IMG/VR virus record: IMGVR_UViG_3300045557_000080
Coordinates: 1-42,699 of that record
Strand: one strand, 5' to 3'
Length of the DNA stretch: 42,699 nucleotides
Origin: a virus
Taxonomy: Duplodnaviria > Caudoviricetes
A model generated the notes under the pieces. That model was not told where the DNA came from and did no database searches. It was given only the letters and a program-made list of their open reading frames with translations. Shown here in pieces: positions 1-10,177 of the stretch. The number at the start of each line of letters is the position of its first letter. Positions within the stretch are counted from its first letter, which is position 1. A program made the translations under genes and the position numbers.

Positions 1-9
1 CCTCGCACC

Positions 10-159
10 TCACAGTTTGCTGATCAGCATCGCAACACCAACCAGCGCCAGCACGCCAACAACATACAGCACCCATTTCGGCGCACCAAATGCAGCGGCA
101 GCGCCGGTCATTTGCCGATCGACGTTCGCGGCATCAGATTTCAGTTGTTCTTTATCCAT
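10..159 (-). CDS. small membrane protein of lysis module
   Basis: ATG at 159 after GGAGGG RBS; C-terminal hydrophobic helix WVLYVVGVLALVGVAMLI; directly downstream of endolysin. Confidence 0.6.
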   Translation of the reverse strand: MDKEQLKSDAANVDRQMTGAAAAFGAPKWVLYVVGVLALVGVAMLISKL

Positions 160-161
160 GG

Positions 162-686
162 TTATTCCCTCCTGTCGTATTTTTGCAAATCCCATTCATA
201 GATGATTGACAAAACTTTGTCGGCATATCGCGGGTCCGTCGCGTACCGGCCAGCAATCGACCTGATCTGCGTTTCCGGCGTGCTGGCGTCCATCTCTGGA
301 TAAACCGGCGCGCCGCTGGCATATCGCCGGAAGAATTGCTGGCAATAACCATGCACCGCCGCAGGGATGGAATCATAAACCTGAAAGCTGTGCAGCTCGA
401 TCATGCGCTGCCCCTTGCGATACTCTGGCGTTTTTATTTCCAGGCAAGGCAGTTCTAAGCATTTGCGACCAAAGAAATTATTTGCAGTTGTCGCCAGCCA
501 GCTTTTACCCCAGCCAGACTCCAGCGCCGCTTGCGCCAAAAACACACTGGGCCAAAGTCCATACTGCGGGACGATTTCTTGCGCCACCGGCCCCATGCGG
601 TCGATAAAATCTTGCGGGGATGCGGTCGCAACCGTACATCCCGCGAACATCACCGCAACCAATACCGCGATGATGAATTTTTTCAT
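162..686 (-). CDS. glucosaminidase (GH73/FlgJ-like) endolysin with lipoprotein signal peptide
   Basis: AQAALESGWGKS...NNFFG...YATDPRYADK motifs; start MKKFIIAVLVAVMFAGC (lipobox FAGC) at 686. Confidence 0.85.
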   Translation of the reverse strand: MKKFIIAVLVAVMFAGCTVATASPQDFIDRMGPVAQEIVPQYGLWPSVFLAQAALESGWGKSWLATTANNFFGRKCLELPCLEIKTPEYRKGQRMIELHSFQVYDSIPAAVHGYCQQFFRRYASGAPVYPEMDASTPETQIRSIAGRYATDPRYADKVLSIIYEWDLQKYDRRE

Positions 687-1150
687 GCCCTCACCGCCGC
701 CGCGATGATATCCGGCAGGATTGCGTCCAGGTTGCGCCCTGGGCACGCCGTCTGGTTCCAGACATTGTGGCCGGTCACCTGCTCCGGCGGGATGTTATAT
801 TGCCGCATCAGGTCCGACAACAGCAGCACCAACGCATCGACCTGCTCCTGTGTCGGTTGGTCATGTTCAAAGTTCCCTGTCAGGTTGATGCCGATCGAGC
901 GGTTGTTGTACCCTTCGCAATGGGCACCAAGGCAATCAATTGGTCGACCTTGGTGAACGGTTCCATCAGCATACACAACCAGATGGTAACCTATTCCGCT
1001 CCATCCATTGTTCAGATGCATCTGGTGGATGTCTTCGACCGTGATATCCGGGTTCGATGCCGTGTGATGGATCACAATCAAATCCGTCCGGCTGCGCTGG
1101 CTCAAGTCATTTGCCCACTCGTATTCATGCGGGATAATGTTGCTTCTCAC
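683..1150 (-). CDS. N-acetylmuramoyl-L-alanine amidase (Amidase_2/PGRP-like) endolysin
   Basis: IVIHHTA, GWSGIGYH, GAHCEGYN, SIGI, GH...TACPG motifs. Confidence 0.92.
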   Translation of the reverse strand: MRSNIIPHEYEWANDLSQRSRTDLIVIHHTASNPDITVEDIHQMHLNNGWSGIGYHLVVYADGTVHQGRPIDCLGAHCEGYNNRSIGINLTGNFEHDQPTQEQVDALVLLLSDLMRQYNIPPEQVTGHNVWNQTACPGRNLDAILPDIIAAAVRA

Positions 1151-1776
1151 TATTTGTCTCCCTCCTTATCGTTTGGATCCGGAGCAAAGTTCGGCCGAAC
1201 CGCCGGCCGCCCTGGGACTGGCACTGTTGGCCGACCCATCGGATAACCCCCATACTGCTGGCTTGCATCAGTCATTTGATCTTGCTTTTTCTGCGCCCAC
1301 AGGATTAGCGGCTGAACGATGGTTATCCCTGAGTCAATCAGATTTTCAAGTATCGACTTCACCTCCCCAAGCGCAAGCCATGTGCAAATAAAACTGTTTG
1401 GAATCCCAACGAATGAATACCCAAAAATCACCCCGGGGATCACCTGCCCCAAGTGGTTGAAGACAGCAATCAATAGCCCGTAAGAGATCGCCTTGGTAGA
1501 AAACTTTGTGCGAAATGTTTCCGAGTTGATTCGCGACAGAAGAAATGAAACACTTAGCCAAACAAAGATTGAACCATTTCCGCCGCTATTTCGCGACTCT
1601 TTATAGCCGATCGCCATCCACCTGGTCAGCGTGTCAACAACAATCAAAACACAGAGTGATACAAACGGGGTTGCGGTCACATCACCCAAAAGAAAAGTGA
1701 CGCAGGTTACTGCGCCACTGCATAAGGTTTTTATGTGCCAGCTATCAACAATTTTCTGCCAGAGATCCTGCATCAT
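1150..1776 (-). CDS. phage holin (family 4-like)
   Basis: Several hydrophobic segments, 'DTLT', 'EVKSILENLIDSG' motif; upstream of endolysins. Confidence 0.75.
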   Translation of the reverse strand: MMQDLWQKIVDSWHIKTLCSGAVTCVTFLLGDVTATPFVSLCVLIVVDTLTRWMAIGYKESRNSGGNGSIFVWLSVSFLLSRINSETFRTKFSTKAISYGLLIAVFNHLGQVIPGVIFGYSFVGIPNSFICTWLALGEVKSILENLIDSGITIVQPLILWAQKKQDQMTDASQQYGGYPMGRPTVPVPGRPAVRPNFAPDPNDKEGDK

Positions 1777-1783
1777 GCACCGC

Positions 1784-2368
1784 CTACGCCCAGGCTATGG
1801 CATTAATCGCCACAATCGCATCTGCTTCGGTTTTGGTTGGCGGCGTCGCGGTTGTCTCTTCGACAATCGCCTCAATGTCAGTTTTCAGTGCATTGTAATG
1901 CGTGTGGCAGGACCCGCTGCGGGTGATTTCCGCTTGCCGGAACGCAAGCCAATCAGCAATGGTCATGTTACGCTTGGCATTGTCCTGCAAGGTCCACTCG
2001 GCTACCACGGTACTGGTAGAAATGCCAGAAATCGCAGCAATCGTCGCGCCGCTGATCGCCGCATTGATCCGTTCGCGGCTCAGGCTGTCATAATCGAAAC
2101 TGCTGCCGTCGTATACAAACGGGGTCGCAGATTCGGCCGAATTTCGGGCAGCCTTTAGTTCGGCGAGTTTTTTAGTTATAACGGTGGAAAGCGTGACAGT
2201 CTTTTTAATTGGTTTTCCAGTTCCGTTATCTCTAATATATTCGCCGGATGCATATGTCGCTTGGTCTTCATCCGATATCAATATTGCTTCTTCAGGTATA
2301 TTTTTATGAACCCCGGAAAGAAACGATGTTATTCGATTCCCTTGCGCGTCAAATGTTGCATAGTACAT
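1784..2368 (-). CDS. tail fibre assembly-associated protein (DUF4376-like)
   Basis: Downstream of fibre; 'LAELKAARN...FDYDSLSRERI...WTLQDN' pattern; start MYYATF after AAAGGAG. Confidence 0.65.
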   Translation of the reverse strand: MYYATFDAQGNRITSFLSGVHKNIPEEAILISDEDQATYASGEYIRDNGTGKPIKKTVTLSTVITKKLAELKAARNSAESATPFVYDGSSFDYDSLSRERINAAISGATIAAISGISTSTVVAEWTLQDNAKRNMTIADWLAFRQAEITRSGSCHTHYNALKTDIEAIVEETTATPPTKTEADAIVAINAIAWA

Positions 2369-2384
2369 ACATTCATCTCCTTTC

Positions 2385-3560
2385 CTATTGTCCAATTGCA
2401 ATGTAGAACACGTATGTGTTCGGGGTAATGCTATAACTTTCTTGAGTATATCCAGTCTGCGTAGGACTTTTTATAACGCTGGCATAATAAGGATAGACGC
2501 TTGCAGTTGAACGAAGTCCTGATACAACCCCGTAACATGCCGCAGGAAACTGCAGCGGGAAGGTTACTTCCGTTGTTTGCGCAGTAACAGTAACCTCTCC
2601 CCATTGGATCATAAGCCCATTCGGCAACAAACAACCGCCTGCCAATGCAGTCCCCCATTTATTAAACTGCCCAAAATGAACGGCGTCTCCCGTCTCCGTT
2701 CCATCTGCAAGCCCCGTGATTTTATTTGAATCCATTTCGATAGCGCCGGACATGATGCCGCCTGTCAGTATGAGTGCGTCTGGGACATTGGATACAAGTA
2801 AAGCTTGGACCCATTCGCTGGTGACCAGTTTTTTGCTGTTATCATCAGCATCAACAGCAACTCGCAAATCCCTGACAATCCATGTCACAGTCCCGTCGGT
2901 CACGGTGTTGCCGACTGCCGGCCATGTTGGTTCGGTTGCACCGCTGGTGCCGGCGACGGTGCATTCGAAATACTTATAGCTGTCCGTTGCGATCAACTTG
3001 CTGAAGCAAATGTCGCCTACCGCGTAAGTCCTGGCGGCTTTCCATCGTCGCAAATTGTGCGCGTCTGGATTGTCGTTGTGGTCAGTAATGTCTGCCACCG
3101 TTGCCAGCACAATCGTCTCGTTGATCACGGCAGTGACGTTGGTCGCGTTACCAATGGCCATGATGATATCAAGCGTCTGTTCCACCGCCACGCTGGTCGG
3201 CGTCGGCAGGTAATCGCATTCATTGCCGGCATTGGCCACGCAGTACAATATTTCCCCGTCATCAGGGTCCGTGGCAAACACACCGATTTCACGGACAAAA
3301 AAACCAGCCGCTAAACCTGTATTTGTTACGACCGCACGAACTCGGCTCGTCCCGTCACCAATCACAGCCACCGCAGATATATCAAGTGTTTTTTTCGGCG
3401 CTATCAGATCGGTCAATGCTTCTAGGCTCTGGCCCGAGCCAAGCTGCCCGTCGCCAATCTTGACCTTTGTAAAACTGAGCTGCGCCCCCGCCTGAACCTT
3501 GTTCTGCAGCAACAACCCTTTAGTTGTGAGCACGGTTCCCGTAAATGCCAAATCAATCAC
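2385..3560 (-). CDS. tail fibre protein
   Basis: N-terminal P2 gpH-like collar (LTTKG...FTKVKIGDG...GFFVREIGVFA); internal W-rich carbohydrate-binding-like module; C-terminal gp53-like LPNGLMIQWG...FPLQFP domain. Confidence 0.85.
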   Translation of the reverse strand: MIDLAFTGTVLTTKGLLLQNKVQAGAQLSFTKVKIGDGQLGSGQSLEALTDLIAPKKTLDISAVAVIGDGTSRVRAVVTNTGLAAGFFVREIGVFATDPDDGEILYCVANAGNECDYLPTPTSVAVEQTLDIIMAIGNATNVTAVINETIVLATVADITDHNDNPDAHNLRRWKAARTYAVGDICFSKLIATDSYKYFECTVAGTSGATEPTWPAVGNTVTDGTVTWIVRDLRVAVDADDNSKKLVTSEWVQALLVSNVPDALILTGGIMSGAIEMDSNKITGLADGTETGDAVHFGQFNKWGTALAGGCLLPNGLMIQWGEVTVTAQTTEVTFPLQFPAACYGVVSGLRSTASVYPYYASVIKSPTQTGYTQESYSITPNTYVFYIAIGQ

Positions 3561-3569
3561 GTCCTTTCA

Positions 3570-4217
3570 TTATTCGGCGACCCCTACCGTCAGGATCTTG
3601 CCGGCATGCAACGCCCCTCGGAAAAACAGCCCCATCGATCCAGTTTGGTTGTCAAATGCCGCTGGATATATCGTCAATGTCTTAGCCTGGTGCATTGCAA
3701 ATCCCATATACCAGATGCCAGACCATTCCCGGACGATATACACGCCATCCAGCCACGACCGCACATTCTTCGCAACCTCGATTGCCGCCCGCAGCTGTGT
3801 ATATATCTCATCACTACTGATGACTCCCGTTGTCTGCACCCGGAAATGATAAGGCGTCCCGCCATATTCGAACCATTCCGTCACGACGCCGCTGGAGTAG
3901 ATCGCCGAGACCAAATCCTGCACCAGCCCGGGAGTCCCTTTTCGGCGGTGCCAGGCGATAGATTGCAACACCAGATTTCGTTTTTTAGCGATCGGAAAGC
4001 CGGGATCGTAGCTGTCGACATGCCACTGCCATGCCAATAGGTCGATCACGTCTTCGGCCAGCTCATCCAGTCGCGGCAACAGCAAACATTCCTCAATGGC
4101 TGTCGTCACCGCCGTCAGTTCACTGTCCAGCGCCGTGGCCGCAGCCATCACTGACGCATCGCCTTGCAGGCTTATCGGCAACAGGTCGACGATCTTGGTT
4201 GTCACCAGATTAGCCAT
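3570..4217 (-). CDS. baseplate wedge / phage tail protein I (P2 gpI-like)
   Basis: LDLLAWQWHVD-like, HRRKGT, EWFEYGGTPYHF motifs. Confidence 0.9.
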   Translation of the reverse strand: MANLVTTKIVDLLPISLQGDASVMAAATALDSELTAVTTAIEECLLLPRLDELAEDVIDLLAWQWHVDSYDPGFPIAKKRNLVLQSIAWHRRKGTPGLVQDLVSAIYSSGVVTEWFEYGGTPYHFRVQTTGVISSDEIYTQLRAAIEVAKNVRSWLDGVYIVREWSGIWYMGFAMHQAKTLTIYPAAFDNQTGSMGLFFRGALHAGKILTVGVAE

Positions 4218-5334
4218 TTTCCAGTCCTCCGTAAGTCACGGTGATCGTATCGGCCACCGCGACGCTTCCGGCATCGACTACCGCGAAAACTGGCGTCGTG
4301 ACCGCCACCCGCTTCGCTCCTGCCGCCATGATCCGGGCGATAAGCTCCGACGGGTTGATGTCGCGCCCGAGGGCCGACTTTTGCCACAGCACATATTCGG
4401 TCACCGCAGCCGCGACCGCAGCCTGAATGCTGGTGGCCAGCGCCGAATTACTGCCGGCAACATAATAGGTCAGGTTTACGTCGTAAGATACTGCAGTGGG
4501 TGCGAGCACCGTCACCTGGTCCGTCAGCGGACGGATATGAACGTCATTGACTACCGCATCGACAGCAGCCAGCAATTCGGTATCTGGCAGTTCGCCACCA
4601 GTAAGTAGCGGTCTGATTTCGACCTCGCCGGGGTTCGGCGACGTGACCGACACATCAACAATCAGACTGCTGGCCGATTTTGCCCAATAAACATACGCAC
4701 CGGTCGGACCGGCCACGGAAAACGATTCCGGCGCCAGGCGAATCCGTTCCCGGTAATCATCGTCGGCTTCGATATCCGCCCCGCCTTCGCTCGTCGTTGT
4801 GTTGGCCACCGATGCGACATAGGCGATCGGGTCCACAATCTTATTAATTTGCCCAGCCGCAAGATCGTTACCAGCTGCACCGATTTGTGTGCATACCGCA
4901 GCCACGTCAACATAGGTGCTGCCGATCGCCACCGTGGCAACCGAACTCGTCGCGAACGTCAGGCCGCCTTCGGTCGCTGCCCTTGTTCCGGCCGGAATGG
5001 TGATGGCCGTGGGCTGGACTGCCGACAGCGTGAACCGCAGCGTGGTTGTCGCAGCAGTCGCGGCAATCCGAGTCGTGCCGACCAACACTCCGATATGCCC
5101 CAGGTTGTCGCCGGCTGAATATGCCAGCAGATTTTGCTTGGCTGCATAATCAATCAGCGTCCGCTGCTGCACGATGATTGCGGCGATGGTTTCCAAAAAC
5201 AAACGGACCGGATCGCCGGGATACAGCGTCCGCTCCGCGATGGCCTCAAAGGCCGTGATGATATCCGATTCAATTTTTTGCGCGTCCTTTTCGGCAAACG
5301 TGATCGACGGCAAGCCGTTTAATATGTTATTCAA
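4210..5334 (-). CDS. baseplate J/gp47 family protein
   Basis: EGGADIEADDDYRERI, SVAGPTGAYVYWA motifs. Confidence 0.92.
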   Translation of the reverse strand: MNNILNGLPSITFAEKDAQKIESDIITAFEAIAERTLYPGDPVRLFLETIAAIIVQQRTLIDYAAKQNLLAYSAGDNLGHIGVLVGTTRIAATAATTTLRFTLSAVQPTAITIPAGTRAATEGGLTFATSSVATVAIGSTYVDVAAVCTQIGAAGNDLAAGQINKIVDPIAYVASVANTTTSEGGADIEADDDYRERIRLAPESFSVAGPTGAYVYWAKSASSLIVDVSVTSPNPGEVEIRPLLTGGELPDTELLAAVDAVVNDVHIRPLTDQVTVLAPTAVSYDVNLTYYVAGSNSALATSIQAAVAAAVTEYVLWQKSALGRDINPSELIARIMAAGAKRVAVTTPVFAVVDAGSVAVADTITVTYGGLENG

Positions 5335-5650
5335 TGATTCTCACCCTCACTTTCGGCCGCAGCACCCCGTCATTGGCATCGCCGGTAGTCATGTCGGCAT
5401 AGGATACCCTGACCACCTGGGCGCGCGGTTCCCACCGTTCAACCGCCGCAATAATTTCAGCGGTTAAACGGGCCTGCGCCACCGGCAGCGGCTCGTCCAG
5501 CATGGTCGCATTGATGCCGAAGTCACGATCCAGCGGCACCGAATATTTCGGCGTGCCAAGTATCGTCCGGACGTTCTGCAGGATTTCCGTTACCGTGTTG
5601 GTCGGCGCAAACTCTATCGCGCCCAGTGTTGCCGTCACATCAACTTCCAC
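5327..5650 (-). CDS. baseplate wedge protein GPW/gp25 family
   Basis: ILQNVRTILGT...VPLDRDFG...WEPRA motif. Confidence 0.88.
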   Translation of the reverse strand: MEVDVTATLGAIEFAPTNTVTEILQNVRTILGTPKYSVPLDRDFGINATMLDEPLPVAQARLTAEIIAAVERWEPRAQVVRVSYADMTTGDANDGVLRPKVRVRIIE

Positions 5651-6062
5651 GCTTCACCACCTCCGGAGGCTTCACATACTCTTTCATGGTTATGGATACG
5701 TCCGCCACCAACAACCGTCCTTTGTTGTCGATTTGCCGATGATCTTCGCTGATCTGCTCAATCAGCCAATAGTTTTCTGTCACAGGTTCGCCGTTCAGGA
5801 TAAATTTGACGATTTCACCCTTGTCGCGCATTTCGCGCAAAGTTTTGAGTTCATTCGCAGGATTCAGCCCCAACGACACATCCAACCGGACATTCATCGA
5901 TATTTGTTCAAGCCCAGGCGCGACGAATTCTAGGATCGGTTTTTTCCCGATCAGATCGTGCGTGCCGATGCGGGCCGACGCCGACCGTTTGAGATCAAAA
6001 AACGTGCGGACTTTTTTCTCCGATGCTTCGAATACTACTTTGCCAAGGCTTCCGATTGCCAT
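5640..6062 (-). CDS. phage tail protein (P2 gpU-like)
   Basis: MAIGSLGKVVF...HDLIGKKPILEF...ITMKEY pattern and position. Confidence 0.82.
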   Translation of the reverse strand: MAIGSLGKVVFEASEKKVRTFFDLKRSASARIGTHDLIGKKPILEFVAPGLEQISMNVRLDVSLGLNPANELKTLREMRDKGEIVKFILNGEPVTENYWLIEQISEDHRQIDNKGRLLVADVSITMKEYVKPPEVVKRGS

Positions 6063-6071
6063 AATTCCCTC

Positions 6072-6557
6072 CTATGCGCTCGGCGGACCGGTAACGGACC
6101 CGATGCTTTCCGGATGAATATGCGTCTTCAGACTGATTCCGTCAGCAATCACGTCGCCGGTAACATTGACGTTACCAGCGGCGATGATGTTTACGGTCCC
6201 GCTGCCGCAGTTAATATCCAGAACGTGGGTCTTTCGATTGTACGCCACTACCGTGCCGTCATCGAACTTCACCGTGCGAACATCCGGATCATTCACTGGC
6301 GGCAGGTCTTCCTCGTTATAATGCGCCCCGACGACGAACCCTTCCGCGATTCCGTTCGGCTGAAACAGACATACCACTGACTCTCCGATGTCCGGCATGC
6401 CGTAGTCCTTATTCTTCAGCGTCGACCGCTGCAGGACCGGCAAGTCGTAACTGACCAGATTATCCTTGTCGGCAAAAACCACTCGCGCTGTTCCTTTCGC
6501 AGGATCAATCGACGATATCCGGCCGGATCGGATGACATTCTTTGCATCTCCCATCAA
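6072..6557 (-). CDS. baseplate spike protein (P2 gpV-like)
   Basis: N-terminal OB-like region, MPDIGESV, C-terminal GISLKTHIH (HxH iron-binding tip). Confidence 0.9.
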   Translation of the reverse strand: MMGDAKNVIRSGRISSIDPAKGTARVVFADKDNLVSYDLPVLQRSTLKNKDYGMPDIGESVVCLFQPNGIAEGFVVGAHYNEEDLPPVNDPDVRTVKFDDGTVVAYNRKTHVLDINCGSGTVNIIAAGNVNVTGDVIADGISLKTHIHPESIGSVTGPPSA

Positions 6558-7597
6558 TATCCCTCCAGCACCTTGCGCAGATCAATCTTGGTCGTGTAAC
6601 CGCTGCCGCCGACATCATGGTTTGCCTGCTCAACAAAATACTTTCCGTCGAATGCTCCCCATCCCGACAGAGTGACCGTTACCCCGCCGCCCAGTAGTAT
6701 GTTGCCCGGCAGCGTCATTGAAACCTTAACCTCATCTTTGTTTTTCTCGCGCAATTTCTTCTTGGCCAGCGTTTCTGCTTCGGCGATGCTGGCCACTTTT
6801 TCATTGATCACCAGTGTCTTGCCGGTTGCTGGTCGATTCTGCGGCGTGAAAGTATAGTCTACATCCTGCTTCTTACGAGCATTGTGGTACTTAACCCGGC
6901 ACGCCGAATAACTGTCTCGCAGCGATGATGTTCCGCGAAAGCTACTGACGTCGGATTCGTTGCGGACAATTGCCGCCACCGGCTCCATCGACTCGTATTT
7001 CGCATCGTCGAAAATAACAATCTGGCCGGCAGTGATCTTCAGCGACAACCCTGCGTCGTTACAACATTTCTGCAAAAACGCCAGGTCTGATTCCTCTGTC
7101 TGTTCGCGCCGGTCATATTTGGGGTCGTCGACCGTTTCGTACAGCAGTTCCATTCCAGCACCGCCTGCAATGTCGGTCGCGATGGTTTTGAGCGTGGTTT
7201 TTTCCCAAGCCCTGGTCTTGTCCTGGCCGCGCAGCGATGCCGATTCCGGCACAGATACCGCCTTGATCGTCACAACATACGGCGCGCCGCTGCACTCGAT
7301 TTCATCAATTTCAAACGTGCCAAGCGGCAGTTGCTGCTGACTGGTCAATGATTCCCAGTACCGGGCAATCAACACCGCCGTCAGCATGGCCCCCTTGTCC
7401 GGGAACCAGGCGCCGCGCCAAAGCCCTTCACGATCATCGAGCGTGATCTGCAGGTCGTCAGCCTTGCCGCTGGCGTGATCGGTATACGAAAAACCGACCA
7501 GGTGCGGCGCCAGGTCGGCAGAGATATCTTTCTTTTCATATTTCAGTTGCAGTTCTGCCCGGCGGGCGTAATACTTCTCGTTCATGAGCGTTTCCAT
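6554..7597 (-). CDS. baseplate hub / late control D family protein
   Basis: ADDLQITLDD, QTEESDLAFL, GAFDGKYFV motifs. Confidence 0.88.
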   Translation of the reverse strand: METLMNEKYYARRAELQLKYEKKDISADLAPHLVGFSYTDHASGKADDLQITLDDREGLWRGAWFPDKGAMLTAVLIARYWESLTSQQQLPLGTFEIDEIECSGAPYVVTIKAVSVPESASLRGQDKTRAWEKTTLKTIATDIAGGAGMELLYETVDDPKYDRREQTEESDLAFLQKCCNDAGLSLKITAGQIVIFDDAKYESMEPVAAIVRNESDVSSFRGTSSLRDSYSACRVKYHNARKKQDVDYTFTPQNRPATGKTLVINEKVASIAEAETLAKKKLREKNKDEVKVSMTLPGNILLGGGVTVTLSGWGAFDGKYFVEQANHDVGGSGYTTKIDLRKVLEGY

Positions 7598-7788
7598 GGC
7601 GGCAGCTTATCAGAGATCGGCGTAGAGATTGACGGCAGGGTCAGTTTGATCCCGCCGTCAAAAATCGCCGTATTCCGATGCACCGCATTCGCGTCGATAA
7701 GCTGATCCATGTACAATTCACTGCCAAGCGCCTTATAAGCGATGAAATCCCACGTATCTCCCTGGACTGTCGTGTATGTGTTAGGCAT
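7582..7788 (-). CDS. tail protein X (LysM-like)
   Basis: YTTVQGDTWDFIAYK...LIDAN...LPPWK. Confidence 0.88.
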   Translation of the reverse strand: MPNTYTTVQGDTWDFIAYKALGSELYMDQLIDANAVHRNTAIFDGGIKLTLPSISTPISDKLPPWKRS

Positions 7789-10177
7789 AGCTCAGCCTCC
7801 GTTCCTGCCTTGCAAGGGCTTCGAATTGTTGCATGAAGGCATCGCGCTCTTGTTTTAATACTTGACTGATTTCGCCGGCGTTCCCCCCGCCGTTGACGGT
7901 CGGCGCGAAGGTAATTTGATACACATTACCGCCACCACCGCCGAGCCCCATCATTTGACCTGCCTGCTGCCATAGCCCAACCGACCGGGCAGACCCGTCG
8001 AGAGGGATTGCGGCTTCATCCGATTGTTCGGCAAATGTCGTCAGAAATGCACCTTTGGAATATATGCCGCCAAGCGCATTGGATGCGACGTTTGTTCCGC
8101 CACCGCCACTACCAGCGGAAAACCCTGCCGATATCTTCCCTGCAGCATTACTGAAGAAAGAGCCGACCGATGCGGCCGCACGTCCAAAGGCCTCCGCAAT
8201 CACATCGGGGATCTTCATAACCCAATCCACCACTGCATTGTATGCATTCTGCGCCCAAGTGGACACGGCGTCATAGAGTCCCATCATGCCGGCGATAGCT
8301 GCCCCTGGCAAATTCATGAAATAGGAACCTGCCTGAGTGGCCATCGAGCCGAGCCAAGTTATTGCGGCATCATACGCCTGTGGCAACCACTCGACCACCG
8401 CACTATATAGCGCCGATAAAGCTGCCCACGCTCGCTGTGGCAACGATAACCATAGCCCCACCAAGAACCCTATGGCGTAGGCAATTTTACCGGGCAGAGC
8501 CGCCACCCACGCCCCGATTGCATCAATCGATCCGGATACCCACTGCGTAATTGCGCCCCATGTTTCCACCGCCTTGGTCTTGACCATGTCCCAGTTGTTA
8601 TATAACCAGACACCGGCCGCAACCACTGCCGCAATCGCCGCAGCGATCAGAACGAATTTAATTGTGACCAGACCAAGAATCGGCGCCAGTTTCGACATCA
8701 GGCCAATCTTTGAAATCCATGCCCACAACTGCACAAACGGAGATGCAATGATGCCGCCGATATACGCCAGAGCGCCAAAAGCTGCCGTTGTTCCGAGGAT
8801 AATCGCCGTTCCGTATGAAAGCACTTCAGTCAATCGAGGATATTCTGCAGCAAAAGCTGTCACTTTTTCAGCCAGTCTTCCGAGGTGCTGCGCCAGCTTT
8901 ACTATTCCTGGCAGCAGTACCGCCCCAAACGCAATGCCCGTTTCCATGGCAGCGTTTTTGGCAATTTGCAGTTGCGCAGCCGTCGTTTTCATTCGGGCCT
9001 GGAACTCACGATCCATCGACCCTTTGCGCTTTTCATCATTGACCAAAGCCAACTGGCGTCGGTATTCGTCCATGGACCCGGCCAGCAGTGCAGCCTCATC
9101 ACCAAACTGCTCACCGAAAAGCCTGGTCGTCGCCTCGACCTGAACCTCTTTGTCCAGTTTATTGATCGCTTCAAGCACTTGCAAAATGGTTTCCTGTGCG
9201 TTGGTCGCCATGCCGGACTGCACGGCTTCGGCCTGCATCCCGATCATAGCCAGCCCTTCCTGGAATCGTTTCGGCTGCATGGTTGCAATGGACAATTCGC
9301 GCATGATTGCGTTCGACGCAGTCGCAGCCGTTTCTTCCGTTTTGCCGAGCGACAGCAGTGTAGACCCCAATGCGGCCGCCTGTTGGAAGGACAGCCCGGT
9401 TTGTTTCGCCGTGCCGCCGATCCGTAGTAACACGCCAATGATGTCTTTGCCCTGCGACATGGCATTATCATCCAGGTAATTGATCGTGTCCGCCAGTTCA
9501 TTGATCCGGTTGATTGGTAGTCCGACGACATTGGCAATCTTACCCATGCTTTGCGCGATTTCTCCGGCAGGCATTTCAAAAGCAGTCGCCATTTTGGCCG
9601 CTTCCTGGACAAAACTGGCCAGTTCGTCCTTAGCCACCCCCATCCGGGCACCCGCTGCAAACATATCCGCAATTTCGTTGGTCGCAAGGGGAATCGTTTT
9701 ACTGAGCGCCTTGACCTGCGACTCCATTTTGTAATACACATCGGTTAGGTTGCCGGCATCGTCCCGCGCTCCATCGACCTGTTTCGCCACCCCGAGCATG
9801 GCAGTTTCGAAATCGATGGCGGCTTTTACCGGTGCGCCAAGCACCATGCCTGTTTCAAACGCCTGCAGGGCCATTTGCCGACCGCCGGTCCGCATTGAAT
9901 CGGCGCGGTTTTGCCACTTCTGCGCTGCAGAAAGAGATTTTTGCCGCGCTTCAACCTTTGCCATCTGACTGGCAAGATTGCTTTGCGCACGGGCATACTC
10001 ATTCACCGACAGAAGCCCTTTGTTAAAATTCTGGTCAAGCTGTTTCATTTGCGCTTTCAGTGCACTGGCATTCGTATTCAATTCGCTCATTTTTGACGCT
10101 GCGGACCCGAAAGCGGAGGAAAAAGAAGAGTTCAGTTTAGCCAACAACGCAAAATTAATTGTAAATTCCTTAGCCAC
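7781..10177 (-). CDS. tail tape measure protein (TP901-family core)
   Basis: Long Ala-rich helical ORF with AIDFETAM core and hydrophobic segments; GTG start at 10177 after AGGAGG. Confidence 0.92.
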   Translation of the reverse strand: MAKEFTINFALLAKLNSSFSSAFGSAASKMSELNTNASALKAQMKQLDQNFNKGLLSVNEYARAQSNLASQMAKVEARQKSLSAAQKWQNRADSMRTGGRQMALQAFETGMVLGAPVKAAIDFETAMLGVAKQVDGARDDAGNLTDVYYKMESQVKALSKTIPLATNEIADMFAAGARMGVAKDELASFVQEAAKMATAFEMPAGEIAQSMGKIANVVGLPINRINELADTINYLDDNAMSQGKDIIGVLLRIGGTAKQTGLSFQQAAALGSTLLSLGKTEETAATASNAIMRELSIATMQPKRFQEGLAMIGMQAEAVQSGMATNAQETILQVLEAINKLDKEVQVEATTRLFGEQFGDEAALLAGSMDEYRRQLALVNDEKRKGSMDREFQARMKTTAAQLQIAKNAAMETGIAFGAVLLPGIVKLAQHLGRLAEKVTAFAAEYPRLTEVLSYGTAIILGTTAAFGALAYIGGIIASPFVQLWAWISKIGLMSKLAPILGLVTIKFVLIAAAIAAVVAAGVWLYNNWDMVKTKAVETWGAITQWVSGSIDAIGAWVAALPGKIAYAIGFLVGLWLSLPQRAWAALSALYSAVVEWLPQAYDAAITWLGSMATQAGSYFMNLPGAAIAGMMGLYDAVSTWAQNAYNAVVDWVMKIPDVIAEAFGRAAASVGSFFSNAAGKISAGFSAGSGGGGTNVASNALGGIYSKGAFLTTFAEQSDEAAIPLDGSARSVGLWQQAGQMMGLGGGGGNVYQITFAPTVNGGGNAGEISQVLKQERDAFMQQFEALARQERRLSYA

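Noticed and set aside
2385-3560. Diversity-generating retroelement or invertible tail-fibre cassette
   Set aside because: No reverse transcriptase, template repeat, invertase or second fibre end seen in the window.
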